In this document: positions 1 to 11,335 of the stretch, piece by piece
Layout of the letters: each line of letters opens with the position of its first letter
How positions within the stretch are numbered: position 1 is the first letter of the stretch
From: Podarcis erhardii
Lineage: Eukaryota
Length of the DNA: 64,000 bases
Direction: 5' to 3' (one strand)
Assembly: GCA_964252035.1 (NCBI GenBank)
Contig: OZ176213.1
Position numbers and translations under genes: made by a program
The notes under the pieces: model-generated
The model's database searches: none
What the model was told of the DNA's origin: nothing
The model's input: only the letters and a program-made list of their open reading frames with translations

Positions 1-246
1 GACACCTTTTATCAAACTTTAATGAAATGACCCAGGCAAACAAATTGTCATTAAACTTTCCATCACTTTGTCCCTTGGTATTGTCTTTTATAAATTGGAC
101 AGCAAATGTTGTATTGATCTCCTCGTTCTTGCAGCTGAACTTGAAATGACCCAGACGGCTGGTTGTTTATGGCCTAGAGTTGCTTTTCCTTGACACTTCC
201 ATCCACGGCATGACATCTCTTTTGTTTTTCTTTCTTTCTCGTGGAG

Positions 247-311
247 ATGAATGAACAAGACATACGGTATCGAGACATCCTCGGTCATGGCAATGGAGGA
301 ACCGTCTACAA
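247..311 (+). CDS. MAP2K5: MAP2K5 coding exon (human exon 8 equivalent), MNEQDIRYRDILGHGNGGTVY(K), Gly-rich loop
   Basis: Translation matches MEK5 subdomain I; 65 nt; pyrimidine tract then GAG acceptor (245-246 AG); donor GTGAGT at 312. Confidence 0.97.
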
Positions 312-669
312 GTGAGTGTTTGCCCCCCTCCCTTTTCTTCTTTTTGATCTCAAATTTTGGGAAAGAGAAGGCAGTGGTTCCCCCCCCCCTTCTCTAGGAA
401 TGTGTCATGAGGTGTCTGGCCTTTATTCCTCCTCTGTGAAGCGCTGATTGTATTTAATGTTTCTAGGAGTTGCCATAACTACCTTAGATCTTGAAAAATG
501 GCCCCTGTTTTTATGTATCTTGTTTGGTATTGTCTGAATCCCAGGCGGATGTGGAAAGTAGCTACTGTACTCTGAAAATGCTATTTCTGGAGTGTTGTCA
601 CTCTTGCTTCTACTGAGTAAATAAACTGAGGTGGAAGATCAGAACACCCCATATACAAGTGGCCTGGCA

Positions 670-860
670 TACCCATAACACTAAACCATAGTTTCTTTAG
701 CCTAATTATAGTTTGTTTGAATGTGTGGACCAAGCCCAGCTGATTAATGATGGTTTGATTTCTGCCAAAAGAAACCACAACGTGAAGCTATGGTTTACTG
801 TTGGATTACAAACCATGGTTTGTTTTAACGATGGTTTGGGGTTATGTTTGAAACCAACAG
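670..860. repeat. AT-rich palindromic repeat with reiterated AAACCA/TGGTTT units, probable non-autonomous DNA element
   Basis: AAACCATAGTTT, AAACCATGGTTT and several ATGGTTT half-sites within 190 bp. Confidence 0.45.
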
Positions 861-1094
861 CCTTCCTTGGACATGGCTTTTTTGATCACCCCATCTTAGA
901 TGCTTGCCAAGCTGCAAAAGCATGATGTAAGAGCAAGTGGAAAACAAATCAAGCTTTGAAGAAACTGGCCATGACTTGTTTGCTCATCTGTGAAACAAGT
1001 CATATTTCGAACAAACCATGGATTAGTATTGTGAACACAGCCAGTTTATTATTTTTAGTGTTTCATATATTTTTAGACAGTAGGGTTACAACAA

Positions 1095-1235
1095 GCAAAA
1101 TGAAAAAGTTATTTGTACAATGCAGAATCAAGCTAATGGAACTTCTTGCTATCACAAGCATAAATGGCTTTAGAACTGGATTAGATGAATACATGGAGGA
1201 TAGTTCAGTCGTCATCTAGTAACCATATGTTAAAT
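1095..1235 (+). mobile_element. CR1-type LINE 3' fragment
   Basis: GGCTTTAGAACTGGATTAGATGAATACATGGAGGATAG resembles the CR1 ORF2 end and 3' UTR; boundaries approximate. Confidence 0.6.
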
Positions 1236-1830
1236 AACCAACTTGTGGAACTCTTTGCCAATGCTTATTGTGAAGGCCAGCCCACTAGCAAGGATTGTGT
1301 ATATACAAAAGCTGCATTTCTGGTTATTATCCAGCCTCCATTTGGTGCATCCCAATGGTGCTGGTGGATATATACTGTCATGATGTTCTGCTTCCAACCC
1401 CCCAAGTGTCATCTTGGTCACTGTTGCTAGATGATATGCTGAGCTCAATGAATTGTTTGACCAGCCAATCTTTAGTTTCTTAACCACTGCCTAGCTTGAC
1501 ACTGGAGCTACTTGTACCTCATCAAATGTATGCTTTTTTGCCCATTGGGGTGGATTTCTGTGATTTCCTTAACCACTGTGTGTGATTACAGTTGCCTTTT
1601 GAGAAATTGGCCACCTTTTCCAACATGTGCATATGGTACCCATAGTTGCCAGAAAAGTTTGCTAATGGTGGAGTTGCCACCTCTTGAATTTGATGATCAG
1701 TGAATCATCTAATTAACATAAGATGCAGCTGCCTCTCCTGTTATTATCTGGATGCATAAGAACATTTGGTAAACCTGGTGTAGCTACACAGTTTGGGGGT
1801 AGTTTAATCCTTTGATGAGCTGTCCACTTC

Positions 1831-1892
1831 ATACCTAGAACTAACTCAGTTGGTCTTTAAGGTGCTACTGGAAGGAATTTTTTTATTTTGTT
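1831..1892 (+). mobile_element. 62-bp Penelope-like element (pLTR/tail) insertion with 11-bp TSD
   Basis: CTGTCCACTTC at 1820-1830 and 1893-1903; 54/55 nt identical to 44761-44815. Confidence 0.8.
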
Positions 1893-3209
1893 CTGTCCAC
1901 TTCTAATTGAGTAACAGCTCCAGGGCACCTCTCAGATAAGAGGCTAAGGATTTGGATTTGGATTTTCCACTGTCCCAAAATTCAACCCTTTTGCCTAAAA
2001 CTAATTTGGTCTGATTGAAAATCTAGCCCTTCTAGATAGGTTTGCCCCCTTGAGCTTTGCTTACCTTGGCACATCTTAATACAAGCCCCTGGGTGTGGGT
2101 GATAGGCGAGAGAGGCCGATCAATCACCTTCTGCTCAAATATGGGTAGTCCCATCTGTACTGGCATTCTCTTGAAGACACACCTGTTTTCACAGGCAATC
2201 CCTTGATCTGAGTGCCCTGTTCTAATGGCTCTGTTGTTTAATTGGGATTTTCTGTGTATTTTAATCATTGTTGTTAATGTTTTAATGTTTATGTCACTTC
2301 TTTTGTACTATTGAAAATTGCTTATAAGCCTATATTGGCATTAAGTGGTATATAAACTTATAAATATTAATAATAATAACAGCAGGTACAAGCTGACACA
2401 TGTGCAGTGGACAAAGCCTCTTTCAGAACTGGGAGGTTATTCTGTGGTTACTCATACAACCTGAAAGTGAGAGATGCATTCACCTCATCACCCCAGTTGC
2501 ACCTGTTCAGCACCAACTAGCTTTGAAAGTTAATGCATGTTTTATGTTTACAGCTCCCTTGATACTCTCTCCCACTTTTATGTGTTTGTCGCCCCTCTTT
2601 AAAAAAAATCCCCTAAAAGAAACCTTGTGCAGTGAACTCCCTTAGCCAGCTGCCTGCAGAAGCTGCCTATGGAAAGCCTTATTAATTTTAAGCATTACAA
2701 TAGCAAGGGGGTGCTTTATTTGACAGGAAAGTCTTTATCTCCTACATAGTGCAAAAGTTTAAGTCCCATAATGCAAGCATTCACACTTAATAGTCTGCAG
2801 TAGTGTATGAAAAATACCCCACAAGGAATTAAAATAAAACTTCATAAGGAAAGCCTTGAGGGAATGATAAAGATTTCTTCCAGGAAGAACTGTTTTCCAT
2901 ATACAAAACACATGTTTCTGTTTTCTTAGAAGACATTACTGTATAAGTTTTTTTGTTTTTAAAGAGAATTTTAAAACCACAGCATGCTTTTAAGTAGATT
3001 TCTGTTTACTATTCTGTCATGGAAAAATATTACATTGTTAACCTGGTTTAATTCCAGCAGCCTATCTGCAACCTCTCTCTCTCTGTGAATTTAAGTTGGA
3101 GCTGACATGTTATGTGGCATATGTTATACTGCCACCCAAGTCAGCATTGCTATGTTAAGATCTCTCCCCTTAATACAGCCTTTGCCAAGCTGGTGCCCGC
3201 CAGGTGTTT

Positions 3210-3875
3210 TGGTCTCTTCTTTGGTGATCACTCGGAGCCGAGTAAGATTGTCTTCCATAAACACAGTTTTAACAATGAATCCGTAAGTGACTGTGGAGGC
3301 CAATTCTGGACCCACACGTCATTCCGCAATGGGGACATTGGTTCCTGGGCGGGAGTTGATCACGGTGTGGATTTGCCAAGTGTGCCTTCCTCTTAGCATG
3401 TTTCTCCCTTGTGTTCTGAGTTCGAGTGTCTTCAAAGTCCATGACACCTTTGGTAAAGGCTGTTCAAGTGGAGTTCTCGCAGGCCAGTGTTTCCCATTTG
3501 TCAGTGTTTAGACTACTTTTTTTTAGATTTGCCTTGAGATAGTCTTTAAACCTCTTTTATTGACCACCAGCATTACGCATTCCATTTTTAAGTTCGGAAT
3601 AGAGTAGTTGCTTTGGAAGACAATAATCAGGCATCCGCACAATATGTCCAGTCCAACAAAGTTGATGTTGAAGAATCATTGCTTCAACACTGGTGATCTT
3701 TACTTCATCCAATACACTGATATTATTTTGCCCGTCTTCCCAAGTGATGTGTAAGATTTTTCGGAAACACCGTTGATGGAATCTTTTGAGAAGTTGGAGA
3801 TGGCGTTTGTAAGTGGTTCGTGTTTCACAAGCATGCAATAAGGTTTGTAGTACAATAGCTTTGTAAACAAGCATC
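3210..3875 (-). mobile_element. RTE-clade LINE (non-BovB), 5'-truncated 3' end
   Basis: ORF 3557..3874 (VYKAIVLQTLLHACET...QLCWTGHIVRMPD..LPKQLLYSEL) is the typical RTE post-RT region; continues after a stop to CPHC-x12-H-x3-H. Confidence 0.9.
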
Positions 3876-3892
3876 TTGTTTACATCTTGTTT

Positions 3893-4013
3893 GGGTCTAC
3901 AGCTCCCATCAGTCAGCAGAGCCGTATGATGCTTGGGCTTATGTGCTGTGGCGGCTGGGGCTCATGGGAGTTGTAGTCCAGAACATAATGGAGGGCACAA
4001 GGCTGGCAAACTC
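3893..4013. mobile_element. Short hairpin MITE (GGGAGTTGTAGTCC family), degenerate
   Basis: CTACAGCTCCCATC ... ATGGGAGTTGTAGTCC inverted arms. Confidence 0.65.
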
Positions 4014-4389
4014 TTACAGCACTTAAAAGCTGCAACCTCTGTCCCATACCTTTGACTGATGTGGTTAGTGATGTTATGGGGAAGGCAGGAGAATGCTGTT
4101 TTCAGAGGCACTTCCTGTCCTATGTAACATGTGGATCAGCCTTTATATGAACAGCTTTCTCGGCCTGTTTAATACATTATGTTCATTGGTGATCATTATC
4201 TATAAAAGTTCATGGCACAACAAACCATTTGAGACCATGTAAGGTTTATCAGAACGGTCGTTAGCTGTGGAAGTTTATTTTGAAATATTTCCTGGGATTG
4301 AATAGAAGACTCAATAGGGGGTCAATTATATCCTGTGTTTGATTGTATTGCCTTTATTTTATTGGATTTCTTAGCTGCTTTTTAATCAG

Positions 4390-4800
4390 GTCCCTGGGCA
4401 GGTTACAGTAATTTTAAAATATAATATAACAAATAAGATTGAGACAATTTTTGAATTGGAAGATTAGGGTGGGTGGGTTATACGTGTGTATCACACACAC
4501 TGGGGGGGTGTGTGTGTCAAAGGCCAGGTTAAAGAAGTACATCTTCAACATATGGCAATAGTTATGCAATGAAGATGCTGGAACAGCTCTGTGGGGAGGG
4601 AATTCCACAGCTTAGGGGCTGCCATAGAGAATGCCCTCTTCCAAGCCACGATTACCTGAACTATATAGGCATTGCAGCTATCAAGAGGGCCCTCTCTGCC
4701 AAATATAACACCCAGGATCTGTAGGGAAGGAGGTACTCTCTCAGATATTTAGAGTCTAAATCATTTAGAGTTTTAAACACTAATGTGAGCACCTTGAATT
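4390..4800 (-). mobile_element. L2-type LINE 3' fragment
   Basis: GGGGAGGGAATTCCACAGCTTAGGGGCTGCCATAGAGAATGCCCTC and AGCACCTTGAATTG, typical reverse-strand reptile L2 3' end; approximate ends. Confidence 0.65.
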
Positions 4801-5909
4801 GTGTTACAGCAGAAGCCAAACTGAAATTACCCCATTTGAAAGCTTACAGGTGGTTGAATTCTCTCTGGCTATAGGTAGTAGCCACACATATTGCCTTGGA
4901 GGCAATTGATGATCATTTCGTCAAATAAAATGAATTACAAATGCTTCTGCTGCTACATTTTATATTTTCTGGCTTCCAGCTTTCCACACTCTCTGCATGT
5001 TTCTGAAATGTGTGCACCTCATATTGATTTGTAACTGAAGAACAAAAGCATGTGTGTGTGTGTGTGACTTCCTAAAACCCTTCACTGAGTCATAGCCATT
5101 ACGGCAATGAAATATTACTCGCATTTCACAAACAAGAAGGAACGTTTCAGGTCGCTGAGCAGAAGCGTTCAGTTTCTGTTTCCAGGTGAACTAACTATTA
5201 TTGAAATAGTTTATGGAGATTGAGATATTGATCACTTTCATGCTAACCGTGGCTTAAGGGAAGAGTGAGAGAAGGGAGGGGGGGTTGTGTTCTTTAGAAG
5301 ACACCATTTCACTGGAGTGTGTGTATATGTGCCTATGTGTTTGGGGTTTTTACTGCCTCTGTGGGTTTATTGCTTGAAGAGAAGGGTATCTTTGCTTTAT
5401 TTTTATGACAATATAATTATACTTTAGAAATGCACTTGATTACTCTGTGCAGCAAAATTGTTCCAGTGCATTGCCTAGGCCAATACTGCTATACAAACAA
5501 CTTTTCAGTCAATTGAGTTGGGTTAAAAAAAAAAATCAATACTTTTATAGCAATATTTCTAGAGAGAACTTGCTGAATCCAATTTTTTGTCTTTCTGTTT
5601 GTTTGTTTAAAGAAAAGGTGGTTTATAGCTCTTAGCTTTCTGTTATGTTTATTTCCACCCATTTTAATAACTTAGGAATGGTGAGCACTTTGAGCTTGGC
5701 ACCTGGAATTTAAGCACCCCTGGATTTTGATGCTGTTCTGGTAGCTCAGTACAAAACTACTCAGGCTATGAAGTGTGTTTCAGCATATTGCCAGTTTGTC
5801 TGAATGTTCCTTGAGTGTTCCATTCAAGCAGTGAAACAGCTACCACTCAACACCTCCTAGCTCGCCCTGCACCTCAGAGCACCGCTCGACACTAGGCCAA
5901 TGTCCTCCA

Positions 5910-6030
5910 TCCATGCCCCAGCCATTTTATTTAATAGAATTTACCAGAGATTGTTTTTTGTTTGCTTGCTTGTTTGTTTGCCACCTATCTGACTGGGTTA
6001 CTCCAGCCACTCTGGGTAGCTTCCATTAAA
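5910..6030 (-). mobile_element. L2-type 3' tail
   Basis: CCTATCTGACTGGGTTACTCCAGCCACTCTGGGTAGCT is the reverse of the tail seen at 58283-58345. Confidence 0.55.
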
Positions 6031-6724
6031 GTAAAACACAGTATGTAATAAGTATCTCCTTCCATGCTCACAACAGCTAGTGACACCCCCAAACCTATTA
6101 AATCCTTATACATTGTGAACTGGATCTGATTTACATTCAGTTGTTTCCAGTATTCAGTCTAGCGTAGTTATATGCTGTGGACTTATTAACTCTATCTAAT
6201 TTAAACTAGATATTTTTGTGTGTGTTATCCCACAAATATTTGCCAAAAAGCAAGTATGATAGAGTATATAGGCTGTTGTGTATATATTGGAAAATATTTA
6301 TATACTGTAGCATCTAGGGTATTTACTTAAATTGCTTTTCTGAAAAATAATTCACTAGAAAGGCCAAGTGGCACTGAAAGTGGGTTTGCCTCCTGCCACA
6401 TTTTTTAACTCAGTTGCTGGTTTACAGAGCTCTGAGAAATCACTTTTTCTTTTTCTTTTTTGCAAAATTGCTTCCTCATTTCCAGTGAAATATGTTAACA
6501 ATGTGATTTATAATACAGCACACACTTTCTAACATTTGTGGCTGAGCAGAAACAGCACTGAATTATTTAGACAAAAACACCTTATTAGTATCATATAAAA
6601 CTGTGTCACTGGTAAATAACACATAATATTTCTCACTTGAATTGCGTCATCTAAACTTTTGCAAGATCTTCCACATGTTTATCCATGTCTGCTCATTCTG
6701 GCTTTAAGAGCTTGGTTTAGATTT

Positions 6725-6835
6725 ATGAAGAGCCTAATAGATCAGACCAAAGTTCCATCTAGTCCAGCTTTCCTTTTCCAGAATCAGCCAACCAGATGTC
6801 TCTGGGAACCTCATAAGTAGGGCAGGAAGGGGCAT
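6725..6835 (-). mobile_element. CR1-type 3' end
   Basis: AAGAGCCTAATAGATCAGACCAAAGTTCCATCTAGTCCAGC...AGCCAACCAGATG. Confidence 0.6.
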
Positions 6836-6977
6836 GGGCATAGCCAAGTAAAACAATAGAAATACTTAAGTAACTGACTAATCATGTCAGTTCTGGACCC
6901 CCTGACAAAAATCCTGACTATGCCCATGGGAAGGGGTCAGTCCTCCCCAGCCATATGCTTCCCTTGTAGATATACTG

Positions 6978-7232
6978 CAAGGGTGGGGAACCTTTTTCAG
7001 CCTGAGGGCCACACTTCTTTCTAGGACCACATGCCAGTGGCTAGAGGCAAAAGTTGGTGGAATAATGGGTGTAAATTTTCTGTCTGGCAGAAGCACTCAA
7101 TGAAGATGCATAGCAGGACTGGTGAGGGGGGTGGCCTGGAAGAGGTGGTGTAGCTAGGGAAAATACTGCGGACCAGATAGAGAGGCTTAAGGGGCCACAT
7201 TTGGCCCCAGGGTCTGAGGTTCTCCACCCCTG
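6978..7232. mobile_element. hAT-type MITE
   Basis: TIRs CAAGGGTGGGGAACCT / AGGTTCTCCACCCCTG (14/16); 8-bp TSD ATATACTG vs GTATGCTG (6/8, both transitions). Confidence 0.8.
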
Positions 7233-7718
7233 GTATGCTGCCTCTGAACATGAAGATTCCATTTAGCTAATCATGACCAGGAATAACCTCTTCACAAGCC
7301 TATGCTTGGTACAGGGAAGGAAGAGTCCTCATGGACTGTCCCTTGCTGAAGATGCTAAAATGCTTCCAAAGAGCAGAAAGAATGGCCCTTCTCTGTGTCC
7401 CACTTAGAGTGGGAAGCACATTTGAATGGGATGGAAGAGAAAGCAGAGGGACATCTTGGTGGCTGCACCAAGACTATGTAACACTTGCCCCCATGAATAT
7501 CACTTGGCCAACTTCCTCGCTATTTTTCATCAGTCATTAAAGACTGGCAGACTTTCATTGTATGTGGCAGATAATGTGTTTATGTTTGGTTTTAACTGTT
7601 GCTTCTCTCTCCTTGGTTGACTGTCTTTTATGCTGTTAATTAAAGTGTCATTTTAAACATTGATTTTGTACCAGAAGTGTGAGATATAAATATTATTAGA
7701 GATTTTTATGTATATAAC

Positions 7719-7978
7719 CAGCAGCAGCAGAAGAAGAAGAGTTTGGATTTGATATCCTGCTTTATCACTACCTGAAGGAGTCTCAAAGCGGCTAACATTC
7801 TCCTTTCCCTTCCTCCCCCACAACAAACACTCTGTGAGGTGAGTGGGGCTGAGAGACTTCAGAGAAGTGTGACTGGCCCAAGGTCACCCAGTAGCTGCAT
7901 GTGGAGGAGTGGGGAATCGAACCCGGTTCACCAGATTACGAGACTACTGCTCTTAACCACTACACTACACTGGCTCTC
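7719..7978 (-). mobile_element. Squam3-type tRNA-derived SINE, full length, with (CTT)n/(CTG)n tail
   Basis: Reverse complement reads GAGAGCCAGTGTAGTGTAGTGGTTAAGAGC..GGTTCGATTCCCC (A and B boxes); near-identical to 56389-56671. Confidence 0.9.
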
Positions 7979-8118
7979 TCATCAAGCACAAGATTAATGC
8001 TCCCCACAAGTTAGGTGAGTTGGAAAAACAGATTAGGCAGATTGGTCTTGGTCTATCAATAACTATCTAAATAGATAGCCATGCTATCTAAATAGAGATT
8101 CCATGTTCAAGGGCAGTA

Positions 8119-8341
8119 CAGTGGTACCTCGGGTTACATACGCTTCAGGTTACAGACTCCGCTAACCCAGAAATAGTACCTCGGGTTAAGAAATTGGCTT
8201 CAGGATGAGAACAGAAATCATGTGGCGGCGGCGCAGCAGCGGGAGGCCCCATTAGCTAAAGTGGTGCTTCAGGTTAAGAACAGTTTCAGGTTAAGAACAG
8301 ACCTCTGGAACAAATTAAGTACGTAACCAGAGGTACCACTG
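8119..8341 (+). mobile_element. Tc1/mariner (pogo/Tigger-like) MITE
   Basis: TIRs CAGTGGTACCTCGGGTTAC / GTAACCAGAGGTACCACTG (18/19), TA on both flanks; second copy at 23480. Confidence 0.9.
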
Positions 8342-8854
8342 TATAGCTGTCAGATCACAGGGAAAGGCCATTGCCTTCATATTCGGCTTGTGAGCTGCCC
8401 AGAGGAGCCCAGATAGATCAGAGAAGGTTGAGCTTAGTTGCACCTTTCTGGTCTGATATGATTGTGCTGTTTTGTTTTTAAGTGGACTTAAAAAAATCTA
8501 GTGCACAAGAGGTCTGGTTTATTTTTTTGGGGGGGGAGGAATCTTTCACACACGGAAACATCAGCCTCCTGTTTTCCACTGTGTTTTGTATCCTCTTCCT
8601 CCTTGTCTGTTTTTACCCTCTTGCATTCATCTAACGATTGCTTTAACTATATCTGGGCTACCACCCCACCAAATTCCTGTGGACAATCGTTACAGGTTAA
8701 CCAAGACTGACCGGTGATTGCAGTTCACTTGTTTCCATTGACCCCAGCCGTTGGCTGCCCGGCTCATAAAATCTGTTATGCACAAAAGTGCATAAAATGA
8801 AGATGAAGTGCCTCCTCCCAGCCTTGACAAAAACCGTTCCTTCTGCTGAACTGG

Positions 8855-9114
8855 NNNNNNNNNNNNNNNNNNNNNNNNNNNNNNNNNNNNNNNNNNNNNN
8901 NNNNNNNNNNNNNNNNNNNNNNNNNNNNNNNNNNNNNNNNNNNNNNNNNNNNNNNNNNNNNNNNNNNNNNNNNNNNNNNNNNNNNNNNNNNNNNNNNNNN
9001 NNNNNNNNNNNNNNNNNNNNNNNNNNNNNNNNNNNNNNNNNNNNNNNNNNNNNNNNNNNNNNNNNNNNNNNNNNNNNNNNNNNNNNNNNNNNNNNNNNNN
9101 NNNNNNNNNNNNNN
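8855..9114. other. Assembly gap, 260 N
   Basis: Run of N in the sequence. Confidence 1.
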
Positions 9115-9639
9115 AGTTATTTACCGAGGGCTGCACTGTTGTTCTGAGATGGAGCAATTCCCCAATCATCTTTTACTTTTACTTTTAATTTTTAAAGCTT
9201 CAGTATCCCAATCAATAGGTGACTGAAACTGATTAAAACTTATCCAACCAGCTGCCTATGGCAGTTTAATTAGAAACTGGTTGATTCTTAAATTAAACTT
9301 GTTTTTTTACACTGTGTACTCATCCTCCTGAATTTTCAGTAAAAAGTTAAGTTGTTCTTGATTAAAAATAAGTCAGGTATTTTTGGTAAGGAACAACAGA
9401 AGCCTGTTGTTTATTAGGAGATGGGATCTAACATGGTTAGCTCGGTGAGGGTTATTGCAAGCTTGTTCAAGCTGTACAGAGAGCATGGATTGGCATGTTG
9501 ACTGTCTTTCTGTATAAAAGCAAATAGGAGTGTAGTTAGTTTCTATTTCTTCTTCAGCAGGCCATTTTTTTTTTTTAGGAGTCCACCTAGCTGTCAGTCA
9601 CATACAACCCCTCTTCAGAAACTGCTTCACTGGTTGCCA

Positions 9640-9990
9640 CTGCAGTTCAAGCTGTTCACATTAAGCCCTAAATGATCTAGTCTCAAAATTTATGAAAGCA
9701 CTGCCTTATTCCCTACAGACCCTCTTGGGTATTTAGATAGGCAGTGGAGGCCCCTCTTGGTAGTTTTACCACCCTTGGAAGTTTGTAGCTGTGGAATTCC
9801 CTCCCCACAAAGGTCTGTCTGGCACCTTCATTGTATAGCTTTAGCTAAAGGCTCAACCTTTTTAACAGCTGAGTCGTATATTTTTAGGACCCACCCCCTT
9901 CTTCTGATGTAAATTATTTTAACTGATTTTAATATAGTATTTTATCGTTTTAAGCTGTGCTGGGGCCTTGCATAAAAGGACTGGTAATAA
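9640..9990 (+). mobile_element. L2-type LINE 3' fragment
   Basis: CTGTGGAATTCCCTCCCCACAAAGGTCTGTCTGGCACCTTCATTG followed by an AT-rich tail; approximate ends. Confidence 0.6.
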
Positions 9991-10959
9991 ATCCTTTTTA
10001 AAAGTGCTAAACAAATTTATAAAGCACAGGGGAGCATTCAGGAATGTGATTCCTTTATCTGCAGCCTAAAATGGTACAGTCCATTCTGTCCCTGCAGGAA
10101 TCTTTTTTTCTTCCTCCAAAAATTGTGTAGCGGGCCTTGAGTCATTGGAAGAGTTTTAGAGGCACACAGTTTGTGGGCCAGGGCATGCCTTCAAGTTAAT
10201 AATGAATCATTTTGTGGTCATTATTCAAGCATCTGCGGTGGGATTTCAGACAGAAGGAAGGGCTGGCATAGATTGTTGCTCTGAACGAGCTGAGTCCCAA
10301 TAAGAGCTGCTCTTTACTAGCGCTGTTCACTTCTGAATATCCTCTTTTTAACAACCAGCAAGTCAGGCTAATGGGCTTGCCTATTACAGAAGGCAACAAC
10401 TGTCAAAGTGCTAATTTCCTGGAAGCCATCTGAATCTTTTCCTTTTTAGATGGCTGTTTCAGTATGTGAAAATATCATCATTAAAACTCCCAAACTCTGG
10501 CCATTAGCACAGAGCAGAGTGCTAAATCTAGAGTGTGCAAACAAAAAGGCCTGGAACCAAATTTGTACGTGATTTTGCTACATGTTGTCTACAGCCAGTG
10601 AGCATCATATCCTTGCACAGTGTGTAATGTTTAGAGAAACTGAGCTTCTCATGCATGAGGATGTGATCGGCCGGTTTTCCCCTGTTGCTTATTTTATTTC
10701 TGGAAGGGTGGTGCTTCATTTTGTTTTCTGATCCAGGAGTTTTTGAGCACTGACGACTATCGTTGAGTAATGTATTATGGAGCCAAATCAACAGCTGCCT
10801 TGCAGTAAGGTTGCATCCAAAATAAGAGGATGGAGATTATGATTAGAGACATCTTCCCCTCCAGCAGGCTTTCTGAACGTTGTGTAGTTAGTTATTTCCT
10901 CTTCTTGGGCAGCTCATGTCAGTGTGTCTACATTTGACTGCTGTTGTGCTCCTGTCCTG

Positions 10960-11050
10960 CTTGAGAGCTTCTCAAAGGCATCTGGTTGGCCACAGGATGC
11001 TGGACTAGATGGGCTTTTGTCTCATCCAGTATGGCTTTCATTGCATTCTA
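10960..11050 (+). mobile_element. CR1-type 3' end
   Basis: GGCATCTGGTTGGCCACAGGATGCTGGACTAGATGGGC..ATCCAG. Confidence 0.6.
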
Positions 11051-11295
11051 GATACTCTACAAATCTGACTCTGTCAGTGCTTCCTGACCCATAAGAAGGA
11101 ATCAAGGGGAACAATGTAGCTTCAACCAGGAGGAAGAAACGATAACAAAGACCCTTTTCTGTGGATCATATTTATGCTGGTCCTAACAGGCATCTGTCAC
11201 TTACATTACCATGTTGAGAACTTGCAAGATTCTGGAGAAAGCAGTTTCAGGATCCTTGGTTTTTCCTGTCTTGACTTCTTGGGCTCATTGTTCTG

Positions 11296-11298
<3 letters not shown>

Positions 11299-11332
<34 letters not shown>
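11299..11332. repeat. (AC)n microsatellite
   Basis: Direct inspection. Confidence 0.98.

Positions 11333-11335
<3 letters not shown>

Noticed and set aside
8838-8854. CCTTCTGCTGAACTG resembles MAP2K5 exon 7 (SSAELKK) next to the gap
   Set aside because: Only about 14 nt match, there is no suitable acceptor, and it lies downstream of exon 8; treated as coincidence unless gap filling shows more.
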